A stretch of DNA of 64,000 nt from Tubulanus polymorphus (Eukaryota > Animalia > Nemertea). The stretch is taken from the NCBI RefSeq assembly GCF_964204645.1, contig NC_134026.1, positions 2,255,950-2,319,949 of the forward strand, written 5' to 3'. This document shows positions 51,350-64,000 of the stretch, piece after piece; the stretch's first letter is position 1, and each line of letters opens with the position of its first letter. The notes beneath the pieces are model-generated. The model made no database searches and was not told the origin of the DNA. It saw only the letters and a program-made list of their open reading frames with translations. A program made the position numbers and the translations under genes.

Positions 51350-52881
51350 TTAAACTTTGGTGTAAGTTTTGTACGAAGTATCAAAGATCAATTTTGACGG
51401 AATCTGTGTCGATGAAATACTTGAAAGGAAACAGAGATGATTGGCTGAAGTGTAACTGAAGGATACACAGGCGATGTGTAGTGAACATTTTGAAGCGCAA
51501 TCAATTCTACTCTTTACGTATATTCGCTTAATAACGTTGATATCTGAGATGCGTCCAACTTCTTTCATCAATCTATACTTATACTGTGATGAGATTACAG
51601 CTGGTGTTGCGGCTGTCGCGTCTAGTGTTGTGGTCGATGTAGTTGTAGGAGTGGTGCTAGGCGTCGTGGTAGTTGTTGGAATGGTTCTAGGAGTCGTGGT
51701 AGTTGTTGGAGTGGTGCTAGGCGTCGTGGTAGTTGTTGGAATGGTTCTAGGAGTCGTGGTAGTTGTTGGAGTGGTTCTAGGAGTCTTGGTAGTTGTTGGA
51801 GTGGTGCTAGGCGTCGTGGTAGTTGTTGGAATGGTTCTAGGAGACGTGGTAGTTGTTGGAGTGGTGCTAGGCGTCGTGGTAGTTGTTGGAGTGGTGCTAG
51901 GCGTCGTGGTAGTTGTCAATGTGGTGCTAGGCGTCGTGGTAGTTGTCAATGTGGTTGTTGAAGATGCCATTTCACCTGAAATCCGTAACGAATATCGAGA
52001 AAGAACGCAATATTTACTTTACTACATATCTAAATAATTCATTTACCCTTCAAATTACTGAAAACAACTACTCACCAGAGAGACATTTATTATTTACGAG
52101 ACGAGCTTCTGGCAGTGTAATCGAATCGTTCAAAATGGTCAAACAACTCACGTATCCGTTAAATGCGGATTGTCCCTTCTTCGACCCCACGTAAACGTCA
52201 CCAGACATAAGTAGGTCACTGTAACCCAGTGGAATGGTACGATCTATGGGAGAGGTCTGTGCGCTCGTATTTTCAGTCCAAATGTACAACTCGTGTGTGT
52301 CCGTATCAAAACTTGCGCCGACGAAGTACCAATTATTAGGAGTAAGTGTTGTCAACTGAATCAGCTTCAGCGCACCACTCGATCTCACGGGATCAACGAT
52401 AAATTTATCTATGTATATCCATAAATGTAACCCCCATGGTACCGACCATTCAACTAATGCGCTAGTTTTTATAACAAGTGGGTAGACGTTCATCATTACC
52501 GTTATTTTAGAACCAGTCAATTCTAGAGCGCCGTTTCTATTCGGTATTTGAATGCTCGTATCTGCGTTAGTAATTCTGTACGCTGTTTTAACTGTACCTT
52601 TAGGTCCAGTTACGAATGACCCTCGTACTTTGAATACATTTCCGTGTAATCCGTTTCCAGATGTATCGTTCATTTGGTCCTTTTCAGTAAATGGCCACAT
52701 TCCGACGATTTTTCCCCGTACAACAACCACTGCAAAATGCCAGAATTACGTTTCGTCAATATAAGCAGTTTGAATGAGGTGAATTTTGGCCATTTTTTCC
52801 AATCGAATACACGAAACTTTATCCAAAGTTGTCGAAACAGATACGTATTTGGAACTTGTTACCGTCTAGATAAAACATCAT
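51350..52881 (-). CDS. Secreted-type protein: LamG/concanavalin-like domain, Thr/Pro mucin-like stalk, C-terminal PAN/Apple domain
   Basis: Exons 52729-52076 (WPF..NDTSGNGLHG, NNWYFVGASFD, FNGYVSCL) and 51975-51350 (TTTTTPSTTP repeats; SRIDCASKCSLHIACVSFSY..LCFL); short first exon 52881-52863 inferred. Confidence 0.75.
51648..51955 (-). repeat. Coding tandem repeat, ~10 copies of a 30-bp unit (TTTTTPSTTP / TTTTTPRTIP)
   Basis: Unit GTGGTGCTAGGCGTCGTGGTAGTTGTTGGA (plus strand) repeated with alternating variants. Confidence 0.9.
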
Positions 52882-55800
52882 AAAGTAATACTATATATGG
52901 AACCGATGAAGCCAGATCCAAGTTGATTTCCACATCCGTTATATTACTGAATAAGCCACAAAGCTTGCTTATTCTACTATGGACGTGTTGGAATCATTAA
53001 TCTTATAATCTAAAAATGCAGGGTCCAGCCATGAAAATGATTATCAACTTCTTAATTGATTTAAGGTAAATGAATTTATGAAAGAAATCGATTTAACAGT
53101 ATAACCGCTTAGATTAACTCAGACTTGAATATTCAAAGCTAACATAGTTTCGTAAACAGTCGATAATGTCGCGTGATTATTTATAGGGTTTCCGTTATTT
53201 TCTCATAAACTCACAGGATGTTTATGCGTTTGATAAAGCTTCATTTCATTCGCAATAATCTAAATGGTTCCTTGTACCAGTTTGAAAACATGCATATTCG
53301 AGTTCTCGTCAGAAAACGTTATCGGGTTTGGTTCAGTACTTTTCCTCTAGAGAATTTGATGAAGCACTTTTCGTCCGGAAGTTCACTCATATCTGGAAAT
53401 GAGCTATTTGATACGGTTAACGGTTCGTTCCCAGAGTGACTTAACACGAACCATTTCCACCGGCCATAAATCATTCGATTGAATGTGATCGGTTTTGTAT
53501 TTACCTTTTAGTCAACGTTGGAAATAAGTTTTAAAAAAGAATGAGTCGAACACTCTCTTGTGAAGGCGGCAGTTCTGCACGATGAGAATCTTCAACTCAA
53601 CGAATACAGTTCAAAAAACGTTATTTCCATTAGTTTCCATCGGTTTTAACGCTATCGTTTACGACGAAATATTGGATAGAACAAAACATTGTTTTATATA
53701 CTGAACCTCCCGTAGTTACTGAAAACGTAGTGACGATACAAACATCTTATCCGTTCATATTTTCTACAACGGCGCTTCACAAAGATTTATTCGGCCAAAG
53801 TCGAAATACTTAAAGAAGTTGACAAAGCAACGAAAATGTGGATGTATGCAGAATTATCAATTTTTAAGCTCGTGGCGGCTTATCGAACAAATCAACTCAA
53901 GCGGCTTTAAATCGAATAAATAAAATCACGATTGGTTAATCAAAATTAGTTTCTTTATTTGGTAAAACAGCTTATGGTAGGAATGAGTGCTGGTCGTTTC
54001 ATAGTTAGTTTAGTGATAACTAACGTTGCGCGAGATCTTGTGAATATTGTCCGGCATAAAAGCCACGACACCTCAGAACTTTCCTTGAGTTAAATTATGA
54101 AACGCTGGTTTCGACTACATTGTATATAACAACGCTGTTATTCGCAAATACAAATATCATATGACGTAAGACGTTTTGTAATGTAACATCGCTAGACTAA
54201 GCAAGGTTTTCACCGTTCGAACACAACATATTATGTCATAGCTCAACTCGATCAACCCTATTAGAAAATCGATCAACCCTATAAGAAAATCGACTCTCAC
54301 GAGAAAACGTTTCTCTATGAAATTTCGTCTATGAAATCGCTATCTTAACGCTAAAATCAAATATATTGAAGTCTAAAAAACCTTTATTTGAATCTACATC
54401 TTTGTCAAGCAAACTTACCCAATATCAAAAAGGTCCAACACAGTCTGTAGATAATTCGTAACATTGTTTTTGGTGCTGGTACAAGCCGGTTTTTCTGGCT
54501 TTTTCTGGCTTCAAAAACAATCAGTCCATTCGCATACAGTTCGCAAATACGTCTCTTAATCCGTTTGCGTTTTTGATTGAAAAATAAATCGACCAATGAC
54601 TCAAAATTTCAAAGATTCTTCGTTAGAGCGCGATATCGCGTAAAATCAATCGAAACTATGTCTGGTTGGTAAGTGGTGTCAGACTCGCGATTGGCGCGAC
54701 GTATTCAGGTATATCAGGTATTCTCGGCAGATGAATAAAAATGGACGACGGGGCTGCAAACCATCGATTGATTTGCGTTGGCGCTAAAACAGTCTTTTAT
54801 AATTCATATTTTCCAGGATATTGAACGTAAACGGAGATTGATGCGTGTTTCTCATTTGATTAGACCCCCGTTACGTATTTGTTAATAAAAAAAAAAATCA
54901 CGTATATTTCGCAGTATCTCATGATGTGCCCGTCGAACTTTTGTTACATGCGAGAAAGACAATAACGAAGACGGTAAATTATCTTTCTATTTATTTCTTC
55001 CTCTTTAACTTTGTTTGCGTCAGTTTCTAATAGCAACGTCATCAATCATTTTTTGACAGTCGTGTCAATCGTGTGGAGGCCTTGAGTTTACTGTAAATAA
55101 ATGGGAACTAAAACGTCTACTAATTTCAGATAACTGGATTCGTGTTTTCGGAAATGTTCGAGCACGATAATTTCCTACCATTTACCACATACAATGTCAA
55201 GCTTCTGTTGAGCAAATATTCTCCCTTACCACTAAAACCGCGCGTACGCTGTTAAATGAAAAAAATAATTAGGAAATCTCATTTTATCACATTTTAGGTC
55301 ATTTTCTACAGCGATTTTTGGGAGAGTCTTGTCTCATGTATATTAGACAAACTGATTAATGTTTATATCCCGACAGCATTTTGTCTCGTTGTTGATACAT
55401 TTTCAATGGTTTGGTTTAATTAAGTTTAATGACGCATTTACAGACAACGGACACAGAAAGAACCTCGTATAGGACGTCGCAGAAGAAAGTATATTTTGCA
55501 AGTTTATTGGTCATAAAACACATTAGATATTCTACAAAAATTTCACTTTCTCATTCCCTGAATGAATAGATCTTCAGAATGAAATAAAAACATCAAAAGT
55601 CATTCTCGATAAAACACACCTCCATAAAAACATAATTCTAGTAATCAATAGAAAACTCGTTCAGAATGTGTCATTTTTCATTATTCGTTTATAGTTTTAC
55701 GACCGAATTGTAATATGGATATACTGCGGTGATTAAATACGGTTGATTAAACATAATCACTGTAGTTATTTTCCGTACTGATCATGACCTTTCGACGAAG

Positions 55801-56155
55801 TGGCTTTATCATTAACTTTCCCCCTAAAAATACAGTGCGGTGTGCGTTGTTGTAGACGAGATTGGATGTTGCAGACGCGAGTACCGAATGCGATGCGCGC
55901 GAACTGACACCCTATGGAGTTCATATTTTCTACATAGATCTGTGGTGTACTAGACTCGGTTTATTTTATGTTTCAACATGCACATACTTAAAACATCACG
56001 TGCTGAACAAATGTTCGATTGTCCAATCGTCCCGTAAAAAGAGATCTCATTTTTTTCTAAATCGACCAATCAGAAACGTAAATCGATTTGAACGGACTCA
56101 TATAGGTCGATACCGAGGGCGATAGGTTTATCGTGGGCAGTGTCAAATTGAAGAC

Positions 56156-59100
56156 ATGTCGGTCCTAACTATCACTGTTCTCCTACTCGGCGTCTGTTGC
56201 TTGGGATCTCGGGTCAGCGGATACATGACGGATACAAAGCGCCAGGAATTGTTAGACGAGCACAACCGACTCCGAGCAGAATTACACAGATATGGACTCC
56301 CCTGGGCTTCAAACATGAAGGCATTGGTGAGAAAACATTTTAAACGTTTCAAAGTTCGACATTGAACGCTTTATTGATGTATTTGATGTATAATACACCG
56401 GCATGTTTCATTTCTTCTTTCTGTATTACATGTAAAGCTTCTTTAACGAAATGAAAGTTAGACAAATCTTATGTTTCTAATTTTTCTAAAGAGCATTTTG
56501 ATTCGAGTATTCTGCATCGTGTTAATCGGATGTTTGAGCCAATAGTGATTTTTCGATTCCGCGGCATTTTCTAAATACATTTCTTTCTAAATTGTTCTAA
56601 ATATGTAAACATGTATTCCCGAAATATTTTCAATATTTTCATTTGTCAAATGATACAAATACACATCTCTAAAATTGTTCTTCTCGCATACAAATCGTGA
56701 ACACAAATCATTGTACACGAATCCTTAAAGCTACAGCATTCGGGATGAAGAATATATACGCATAAGAATCATTCGATCGTATATAATAGGCCAGTATCGA
56801 AAGGTATTGATATTGTAACCACCCGAAATATATCTAAACTGCTAATAAACTTTTTAGTTAGTCTATAATAATTGTGGAACCTTTATGAGGTATACACAAA
56901 TTAATCTTCAAGGCATAAATCTGATTTAATAGCGTGAAACACGTGTGATAATTGCGAAAAACAAATATGCAATTTCCGCTTATTTCAAGAATCTCGTATG
57001 GCACGAAATATTCTATTATATTAATGCAAAATAATTGATTACGAGTAAATATCATAGGCCCTTTAATAACAATTATGTAAACAGAATTATTTAGAAATTA
57101 TCCAGAAACCTTTCGATGTAAATCCTGTAAATTACAGTCACGACCCACGATACAGAAGAGTTGATATTTTTATAGGGTTTTATTACGACCATCGACGGTT
57201 TTTATCTTTCAAATAAGAACTTTTTAATATTGTTGTTAGTCAAATAGCGTAAGCAAATTGATAATTTTGCTTCAGTAAATATGAACATCTTTATTTCTAG
57301 GAATGGGACGACCGCGCTGAGTATAGTGCGTTTCTATGGGCGAAACGCTGCATATACAGACACGACACCGATTCTCAGAGACGGTTTAAACCATATTCAC
57401 AAGTTGGACAGAATTATTTCATTCTTCCCCCTGATTACAAAGGAACACTGAAAGGGTGCGTATAGACTACTAGATATATATAAAGTGGAAACATCAGAGA
57501 TAAAGCGATACAATATCATTGCTAACGATTTTCGATAACTCTAAATTTTCAGACTCGTGAAAGCTTGGTTTGATGAGTATAAAGATTACGATTCTGCATC
57601 CAATACATGCACATCCGGTAAAGAATGTGGTCATTATCTTCAGGTAAACGCAAAGATTTGAATCAATTGCAAATAGTTACAATAAGTGGACACCTCGATT
57701 ATATATTTATGCTCTATGAAACCGTCCTAGGTACGTGAGATAAAAAATATTTTTGATATTCTGATAAAATAGCTCAAAATAAAGTCTCCATGATCTGATC
57801 GAAGCTATGACTTCCTCTGAGATATCATGTCTCAGAATGAAATAATTGCCAAAAGTTTGGCGATTTCATTTGGAGATATTATTTCGGAATTAATTCCAAA
57901 AATATTCTCTATCTCATGTCACCAGGACGTTTTCGTTTGTCTACTGCATTGATTTTTACGGGTTTACAGGTTGTCTGGGCTAATACACAATATGTAGGCT
58001 GCTATGACCAGGAGGTATGCAGTAAAGATAAAAAACGATTCATCGTATGCAATTATGTCTCCAGGTATTAAAATCCAACTTTGATTTCGATGTCTTTAAA
58101 CTATATGTGCATTTAATGAATGTTCTCGTTAATCAAATTTCCAGTTGATAATCTATACTTTCTATTTGGGACTAGATTTTTTTTAGTTATTCTCACTCAG
58201 TACAATCAATAACAGTTGCGTTGTTTTGGTTTGATAGGGGTTACCTTAAGAATGTAAAACCATATAAAACTGGTAGATGGTGTTCTGCCTGCCCAGCCGG
58301 TTATGGATTTTGTCTTGATGGGAGATTGTGTGGTGAGTTTCAGCTTCCGGACAAAATCTTTCTTTATTCCTTGAGCATCACGCATACAGCAAAAAAAAAA
58401 CATCGAAATAAAAAGCAACTTCTTGTGCTCTTAGGCCTTCGATCACTGAGCAAAATACATGTGTGCATTGAATTCGTTTGACTTTAAAACAACGATCGAC
58501 TGATTTTCGATTTCAGTTCGGAGGGAAGTTTGTGATACAACAGATGGTAGTAAGCATATATTGTTTAAGCACCTACTTCCAAAAGTTCAAGAATGTTTAT
58601 TTCAATTTGATATTTGGAATTTTTCGCTCGATATGAAATTCTCGATATCAAAATAAAATACAAATTATTTCATTGTTACAGCGTGTAAATGTAGTTTGAG
58701 AGCGTCAAGTTGCAAAAATGGAGGCGTGTTTGATCCATACGATTGCGTTTGTAAATGCTCAGAAGGATGGTATGGGCGAGTCTGTGAAAGTAAGACCATG
58801 CGATAAAATAAATTATTTCCGTCAGAATTGAATTAAATTGATGATCGAATTTGATCGAATGGTTTTTTTGTAGAGGAATGTAAAGACCGTTATTACGGAT
58901 ACTGCAAAGAGTCTAAACATTGCTACACCGGTTACTACTCCGACCAGTATTTTTGTCGAAAAACCTGTAAAAATTGCAGTAAGCATAACTCAACATAAAT
59001 CTATTAGAAAACATTACGATAAAAACCGCAATGCCGTAAGCCGTTATACCAGCGTAAAATGCTTTATTAAAAATTATGCTTATTTATAGTAAATACGTCG

Positions 59101-59209
59101 AAAGGCACGAAAATGATTATAGCTTTATTAATAGAGGGCTATTTTTTCAGGGATTAAATACGATTGGCGTGCCCGCAATAAATATGATATCGTTACAAAT
59201 GGGTATTGA
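56156..59209 (+). CDS. Secreted CAP/SCP (CRISP/venom allergen-like) protein with EGF-like and ShKT modules
   Basis: Exons 56156-56326, 57301-57455, 57553-57643, 57970-58064, 58238-58332, 58517-58549, 58682-58789, 58874-58978, 59151-59209. Signal peptide [97 protein letters not shown]. Confidence 0.88.
57719..57933. mobile_element. MITE in CAP-gene intron
   Basis: CGTCCTAGGTACGTGAGATAAAAAATATTTT pairs with AAAATATTCTCTATCTCATGTCACCAGGACG. Confidence 0.65.
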
Positions 59210-59833
59210 TGAAATACGTCATGATGGAAGGTCAAGGTCAGATTTAAACGGCTGAATGGAACGTTTGATGTCAAGGGTTACTGCGTATACCATTTTCCTA
59301 TAAATATTCCTATTTGAATTCATTCTTTGTTCTTCGTAAGTTATTTTTGCCTCGGAATAATAAACAACAACGTCTTGCAAAACAAATTACTTATTCGTTT
59401 AGTTTTTGATTTTTGAAATTAATCTTGTTTTTTATGGGGCATCATATTGATGAAAAGACACTTGTTTTACGATATCCTTTTATCAATAATCCATCGTAAA
59501 AAAGACAGGGATTATCTTGTATCGATTAACAGCCACTCATTAATACTCGCGCGCGCAACAACGCCGAGGTTCACGTCAGAGACGGTCCTGGCGAGGATGG
59601 AATTTAACTTCAACTGCATTTACATCCGCACAAAACTAACATCGATAATAACTGAGCAAACTCTCCTATGAAAGAGTCGATGAATATTGTGCGCGCGTTT
59701 ATTTGATATTTCTGGACAACTTACTGTAAACGTTTAGTTGGTTGACGACAAAATCCCAACTGGGTTTGATCCTTAATCGTAGATGAACTAGTTACTGGTT
59801 AGCAAGTATTACGTACGATCACAGATCAGAGAA

Positions 59834-60268
59834 ATGCCTATTTGTTGGCGCTTAGAAACTGTGAAAGAAGCGGTTGCATCAGGGACAGATGATCAAACTC
59901 AATCAACCATCGATGATTCTCGTAATCTAGACTTGAATAACGTAAGTCAAAAATTGATTATCGATTCAAAGAATGTGACTCTTCACGCGTATCAGGTCAC
60001 AAATTACGAGCTAGTGTCGAACCTTACACATCCGGATTCTACCTTCGAAAATTTGACCTTCATGACGTCACAGCGTTCCGACGACATGGACGATAGTGTT
60101 TTGACAAGCGAGCTGCGGGTTATTAAAGTAACGGTACTATGCGTCGTTGTTTTGGCGTTAGTTTTAATTTCGTGTCGAATGATGTTAAAAAATGTGTCCA
60201 GACACATGGTACAAATGAAAGATGGCCACGATGGAAATCCAGGTGGTAATCCGTCTCTTTTAGCTTGA
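59834..60268 (+). CDS. Intronless 144-aa single-pass membrane protein, Reprimo-like
   Basis: ATG-initiated ORF, no signal peptide, four NxS/T sequons N-terminal to one hydrophobic helix (VIKVTVLCVVVLALVLISC) followed by basic residues. Confidence 0.6.
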   Translation: MPICWRLETVKEAVASGTDDQTQSTIDDSRNLDLNNVSQKLIIDSKNVTLHAYQVTNYELVSNLTHPDSTFENLTFMTSQRSDDMDDSVLTSELRVIKVTVLCVVVLALVLISCRMMLKNVSRHMVQMKDGHDGNPGGNPSLLA

Positions 60269-61566
60269 AACATGGAAAATATTCAACTTGAATCTAGCTA
60301 ACCGAATGGAATGGCTCGTCGTATCTATCACTGGATTTTTCCTATTTCTGGAAATCGTATTGATTCGATTATGCAATCAAGCATAAGAAAAGAAGGTATT
60401 GTCTTAAACGATAGTCAGAGTAAGTGTCGTACGACTAACAAACGTTGCAGGCTCACTTAGCAAGACATGTATTCTCTGACAATTATCAACGTGGAGTATT
60501 TTGTATGATAATACGTAAATAATCCATTGTTCTCACATCATTAATCCATTAAAAATGTATTTCATTATTGAGATAAAAGATATAATATGATGATAGAAAT
60601 ATAATATGTTCAGTGATTATTCCATTTTTGAGAGCTTGCTGTTAACTAGGGAAAACATACGTACTATCATGAAATTACGTATTTATGTGATGCTGAGTAT
60701 TCGAGGGCCCTCGAGATAGAGAATACCTAGCCCAGGTTTGATTAATCGCCGTTGATTAAAAATCCGTTCGGATGTGTTTAGATAACTGTGTCAATAATCG
60801 CTGCTCCTACCGCTTCGAGTAATTTCTCTCGAATAGCGAGCAATCTGCTCTGTTTATCTGCACGTCTCGCCTGTACCACCCGCGAGTCAGACGCTCTTCC
60901 GCGCCAATGAATTAACCCAATTACAACCGAACAGACTCTGATTAAAAACTACAATTTCATAAACAACTTGAAATTACCTGCGAAAAAATTACGAAGAATA
61001 CTAATTATGAATGCTTGAATAATGTCTGTTCCGATTTGGTAGTCCATTGCTTTTCGCAGAAAATCCAATCGATTATATTTTCGAATAAAAGAAATGCGTA
61101 TATTCCTATTTTTTCGCTTTGCTTTTGTAAACGATGGAAATCAGGTCTTGAAAAATGTGTTATATATAAACGTACGTAAGTAATATATAGATGTACATAT
61201 TCTTTGAGGTTTGATATCCATGTATGCGATATCATGTAAACACGATATGTACCGTATATCATGCTTATCATCTACTGTGACGTCGAATAAGTTGAGCGAA
61301 AAATGGACAGAGCATGATAAGTGTGACTTATGTTGAAATCTATTAGATCACTAGGTCTGGTAATCTTTGACACTATAGACCCCGGCATTACAAACCTTGT
61401 TTACAGAATTACTAATAGTGGTGAGACAAGACGGCAAGGTTAAAAGGTAGGTACTTTATAGTAATGTAACACGATTGCGAGAATCCGGCGAGAATCCGGA
61501 TTTAGTACGGCGTTATCATGACTTAACATCTTTCTTCGAAACTGGTGCTCGGCTATATTCTAGGCG

Positions 61567-63682
61567 ATGGATGTGGAAAGGGCAACTGATATTGCAGTCA
61601 TATATAATTTCGTATCTTCCCCCACCGAACCAGAGAGCTTGGACAAAGCGACCTGGAAATCTCGACGGCAACGACGGCGTTATGGGGTTTGGAAGTTGGC
61701 GCTCGTGTTGTTATCTTACATAGGATTCAGTTGTTTTTATGGTTTTATATACTCAATACATTCAGCAAATGAACCGGTTAATACAGAAACAACATATCAA
61801 GGTATTTGTTTATCATTATGAATATATCGCATTTTTATAACCGGATCGAAAGACGATAAAGCCCGCCGCACACGTCATAACGTTTGTTTCGCCAAAACAG
61901 AAAACGCGTTTTTCACAAAACGTTTTTCGTAAAACGTTTTGCCCGCAAACGATAAAACGTTCAACGAACACGGGACGAAAAACGTTTTCGACTACACAAA
62001 ACGTTTTTCGCAAATCAAGTAGTGCTTGAATCGTGAAAAAGGTTTTTTCAAGCAATTTTTCAAGGGGAAAAAAAACGTTTTTTCGATGCGGCGGGTTTTA
62101 ATAAGAATGAATAAATTGCGTTTGTAAACGATATGTTTGTGAGGGCAAGTCAATCAAATGTCTAACGAATATTTCAAAGAATTAAACATCAAATTCAAGA
62201 AAAACTTCGAATTTTCGTAATTAGTTTCGACTACGAGCAATTATCTCAACATTCCGAGATGATTGCTCGTAGGTTTTTCAAATTAAATGTAAAATTTGTT
62301 TCAGTGCGGATCGTGAAACGTTTTATTCGTTTTATATACAGGTAGAATATTGTTATCGGATAAATTCAATTGTTCTCCGCGATCGATTGAAGAATTTCCA
62401 CCAGACTTTTTCACCGAAGAGCAAAGAAAGGCAGGCGGCGTATTCGTGCATTTTCTCATCGCGTTCTATATGTGCGGAGCTCTGGCGATTGTCTGTGACG
62501 ACTATTTCGTCTCCTCTCTGGAGGGAATATGTGAACGTGCGTATAAAGAGAATTACATGTTTTCTTGATTTCAACAGATATCACTGAGGAGCTTCTTTAT
62601 TTAAAAAATCGCATAACAATGCATGATGCGAGATAAGAATGCAATTATCTGCGCAGTCGGTCACCTTTCCGATTACAAAAATAAAGTTACCTACAGCCCT
62701 ACATCAAAAAGAATGTCTGACAATTCTGACATTTGCGTAGTCCTCGGTAGATTTTGAGAATATGGTGCCATTATCTTTAGAACGAAAAGAGTTTAATACT
62801 ATCAAGAATTGTACGTCCTCTTTTATGTATATTTCATACTATCATACCCTTAATTCCTCGTTGTTTGTTAAGATGTTCTCATTGATTGGGATTGTATCGG
62901 TTGAATCAAACTAGTGCGCTGTATGTTGTATTCATTAAACTACATTCATATTTTCATATTTCAGGAACTAAACTGAAACCTGATGTTGCTGGAGCCACTT
63001 TTATGGCAGCTGGGAGTTCAGCTCCAGAATTAGCAACTGCTGTTATAGGTAAACACTCGATTAGGACAACGACGAATTTATTTGATCGAGTTTACAATAT
63101 AAAGTTTAATTATGAAAGAATGCATCTATTTTCAGGCGTATTCATAGCAAAAAGCGATGTTGGTGTCGGTACGATCGTCGGTTCAGCGGTGTTCAACATT
63201 TTATGCATTGTTGCTATTTGTGGTCTCTTCGCTGGTGCGGTATGTGTGACAAAATACGATAATACATTAAAGCACAAATTGAAACTAAAAGAAACAATTT
63301 CTATAATTCCCTGGTCGCAAAATCTGATCTTTACCTTTTTAACTGTTTATACAGTACGTAATGATAAGCGATAACCTTTTCAACACTCCGGGGATGACGT
63401 TTGTCTCTTAGGCCTGATCGCGTGACTTAAACACATAATTCATGCTGATTGATTTACAATACTGAAAAATTACTACATGTATCACATCACATTTAGTAAA
63501 AATTTTAGTTAATTTAGCCCAAGTATAAATTGTCATTTTCCTGCTAATTTGTTTAAAACTTTTTTCGTATGATATTCGCAGGTTATACAATTATCGTGGT
63601 GGCCTTTATTCAGAGATACATTTTGTTATATGATAAGTGTCGTGGCCCTTATTGTTATCATATACGACGAAGAAGTTCATTG
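61567..63682 (+). CDS. K+-dependent Na+/Ca2+ exchanger (SLC24/NCKX family), 3'-truncated by window edge
   Basis: Exons 61567-61801, 62342-62536, 62965-63048, 63136-63239, 63582-63682: [70 protein letters not shown] (alpha-1 repeat). Confidence 0.92.
61857..62100. mobile_element. MITE with AAGCCCGCCGCA TIRs and internal AAAACGTTTT repeats
   Basis: TAAAGCCCGCCGCAC...GATGCGGCGGGTTTTA; TWA-type flanks. Confidence 0.75.
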
Positions 63683-64000
63683 GTACGTATTAAAGCTTAA
63701 TGGACTTTACAGTATTTTGACGAATATTGCATTTGGTGAATAGCTAAAACCAAGCCAGTGACAGAATTTGTATCTTTATTCGCCGAATTTTGCATTGTGT
63801 ACCAAAGGATGCGATGCGAAATCAAATGAATTCGCATGAATCAAGCATGCTATACACGTAGAACTATTATCGCCGGATTTTTAATCGACGACAATTGCTA
63901 ATTTCGCCTAGTGTGTCACCAACGTCGAATTAATCGAATATAAATTTGTCGAAAAAAAAACACATCATTGTGATCATTATCGGCGATTTTATTCGCCTAA

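Noticed and set aside
51474-52037. 187-aa Val/Gly-rich ORF on + strand
   Set aside because: Antisense shadow of the Thr-rich coding repeat on the - strand.
61870-62085. AAAACGTTTT repeats resembling a CRISPR-like array
   Set aside because: Irregular spacing, eukaryotic context, and enclosed by MITE TIRs.

Overview
Compact, intron-rich eukaryotic (bilaterian invertebrate, probably spiralian/lophotrochozoan) genomic DNA with GT-AG introns, AT-rich introns and CpG-rich large exons. Ten protein-coding genes could be assembled exon by exon: 3' part of TTC28 (+; TPR array plus CHAT domain), NUDT6 (-), MTRFR/C12orf65 (-), MPHOSPH9 (+; head-to-head with MTRFR, as in human), a D-aspartate oxidase-like gene ending in -SKL (-) that appears nested in an intron of an ARHGAP45/ARHGAP29/GMIP-family RhoGAP (+), a LamG/Thr-rich/PAN secreted-type gene (-), a CAP-EGF-ShKT (CRISP/venom-allergen-like) gene (+), an intronless single-pass membrane protein resembling vertebrate Reprimo (+), and the 5' part of an SLC24/NCKX exchanger (+). 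Introns carry many palindromic MITEs and tRNA-derived SINEs. Most notable: the Reprimo-like ORF; NUDT6 with no obvious promoter or first exon of its own 390 bp behind MTRFR (shared leader exon, bicistron or trans-splicing); mirror-image ~110-bp elements in the first introns of both divergent genes; a TIR element with a 9-bp TSD carrying a tRNA-like Pol III unit. All homology calls are from recognition of motifs by eye, not database searches; splice models are inferred from GT/AG and frame continuity.
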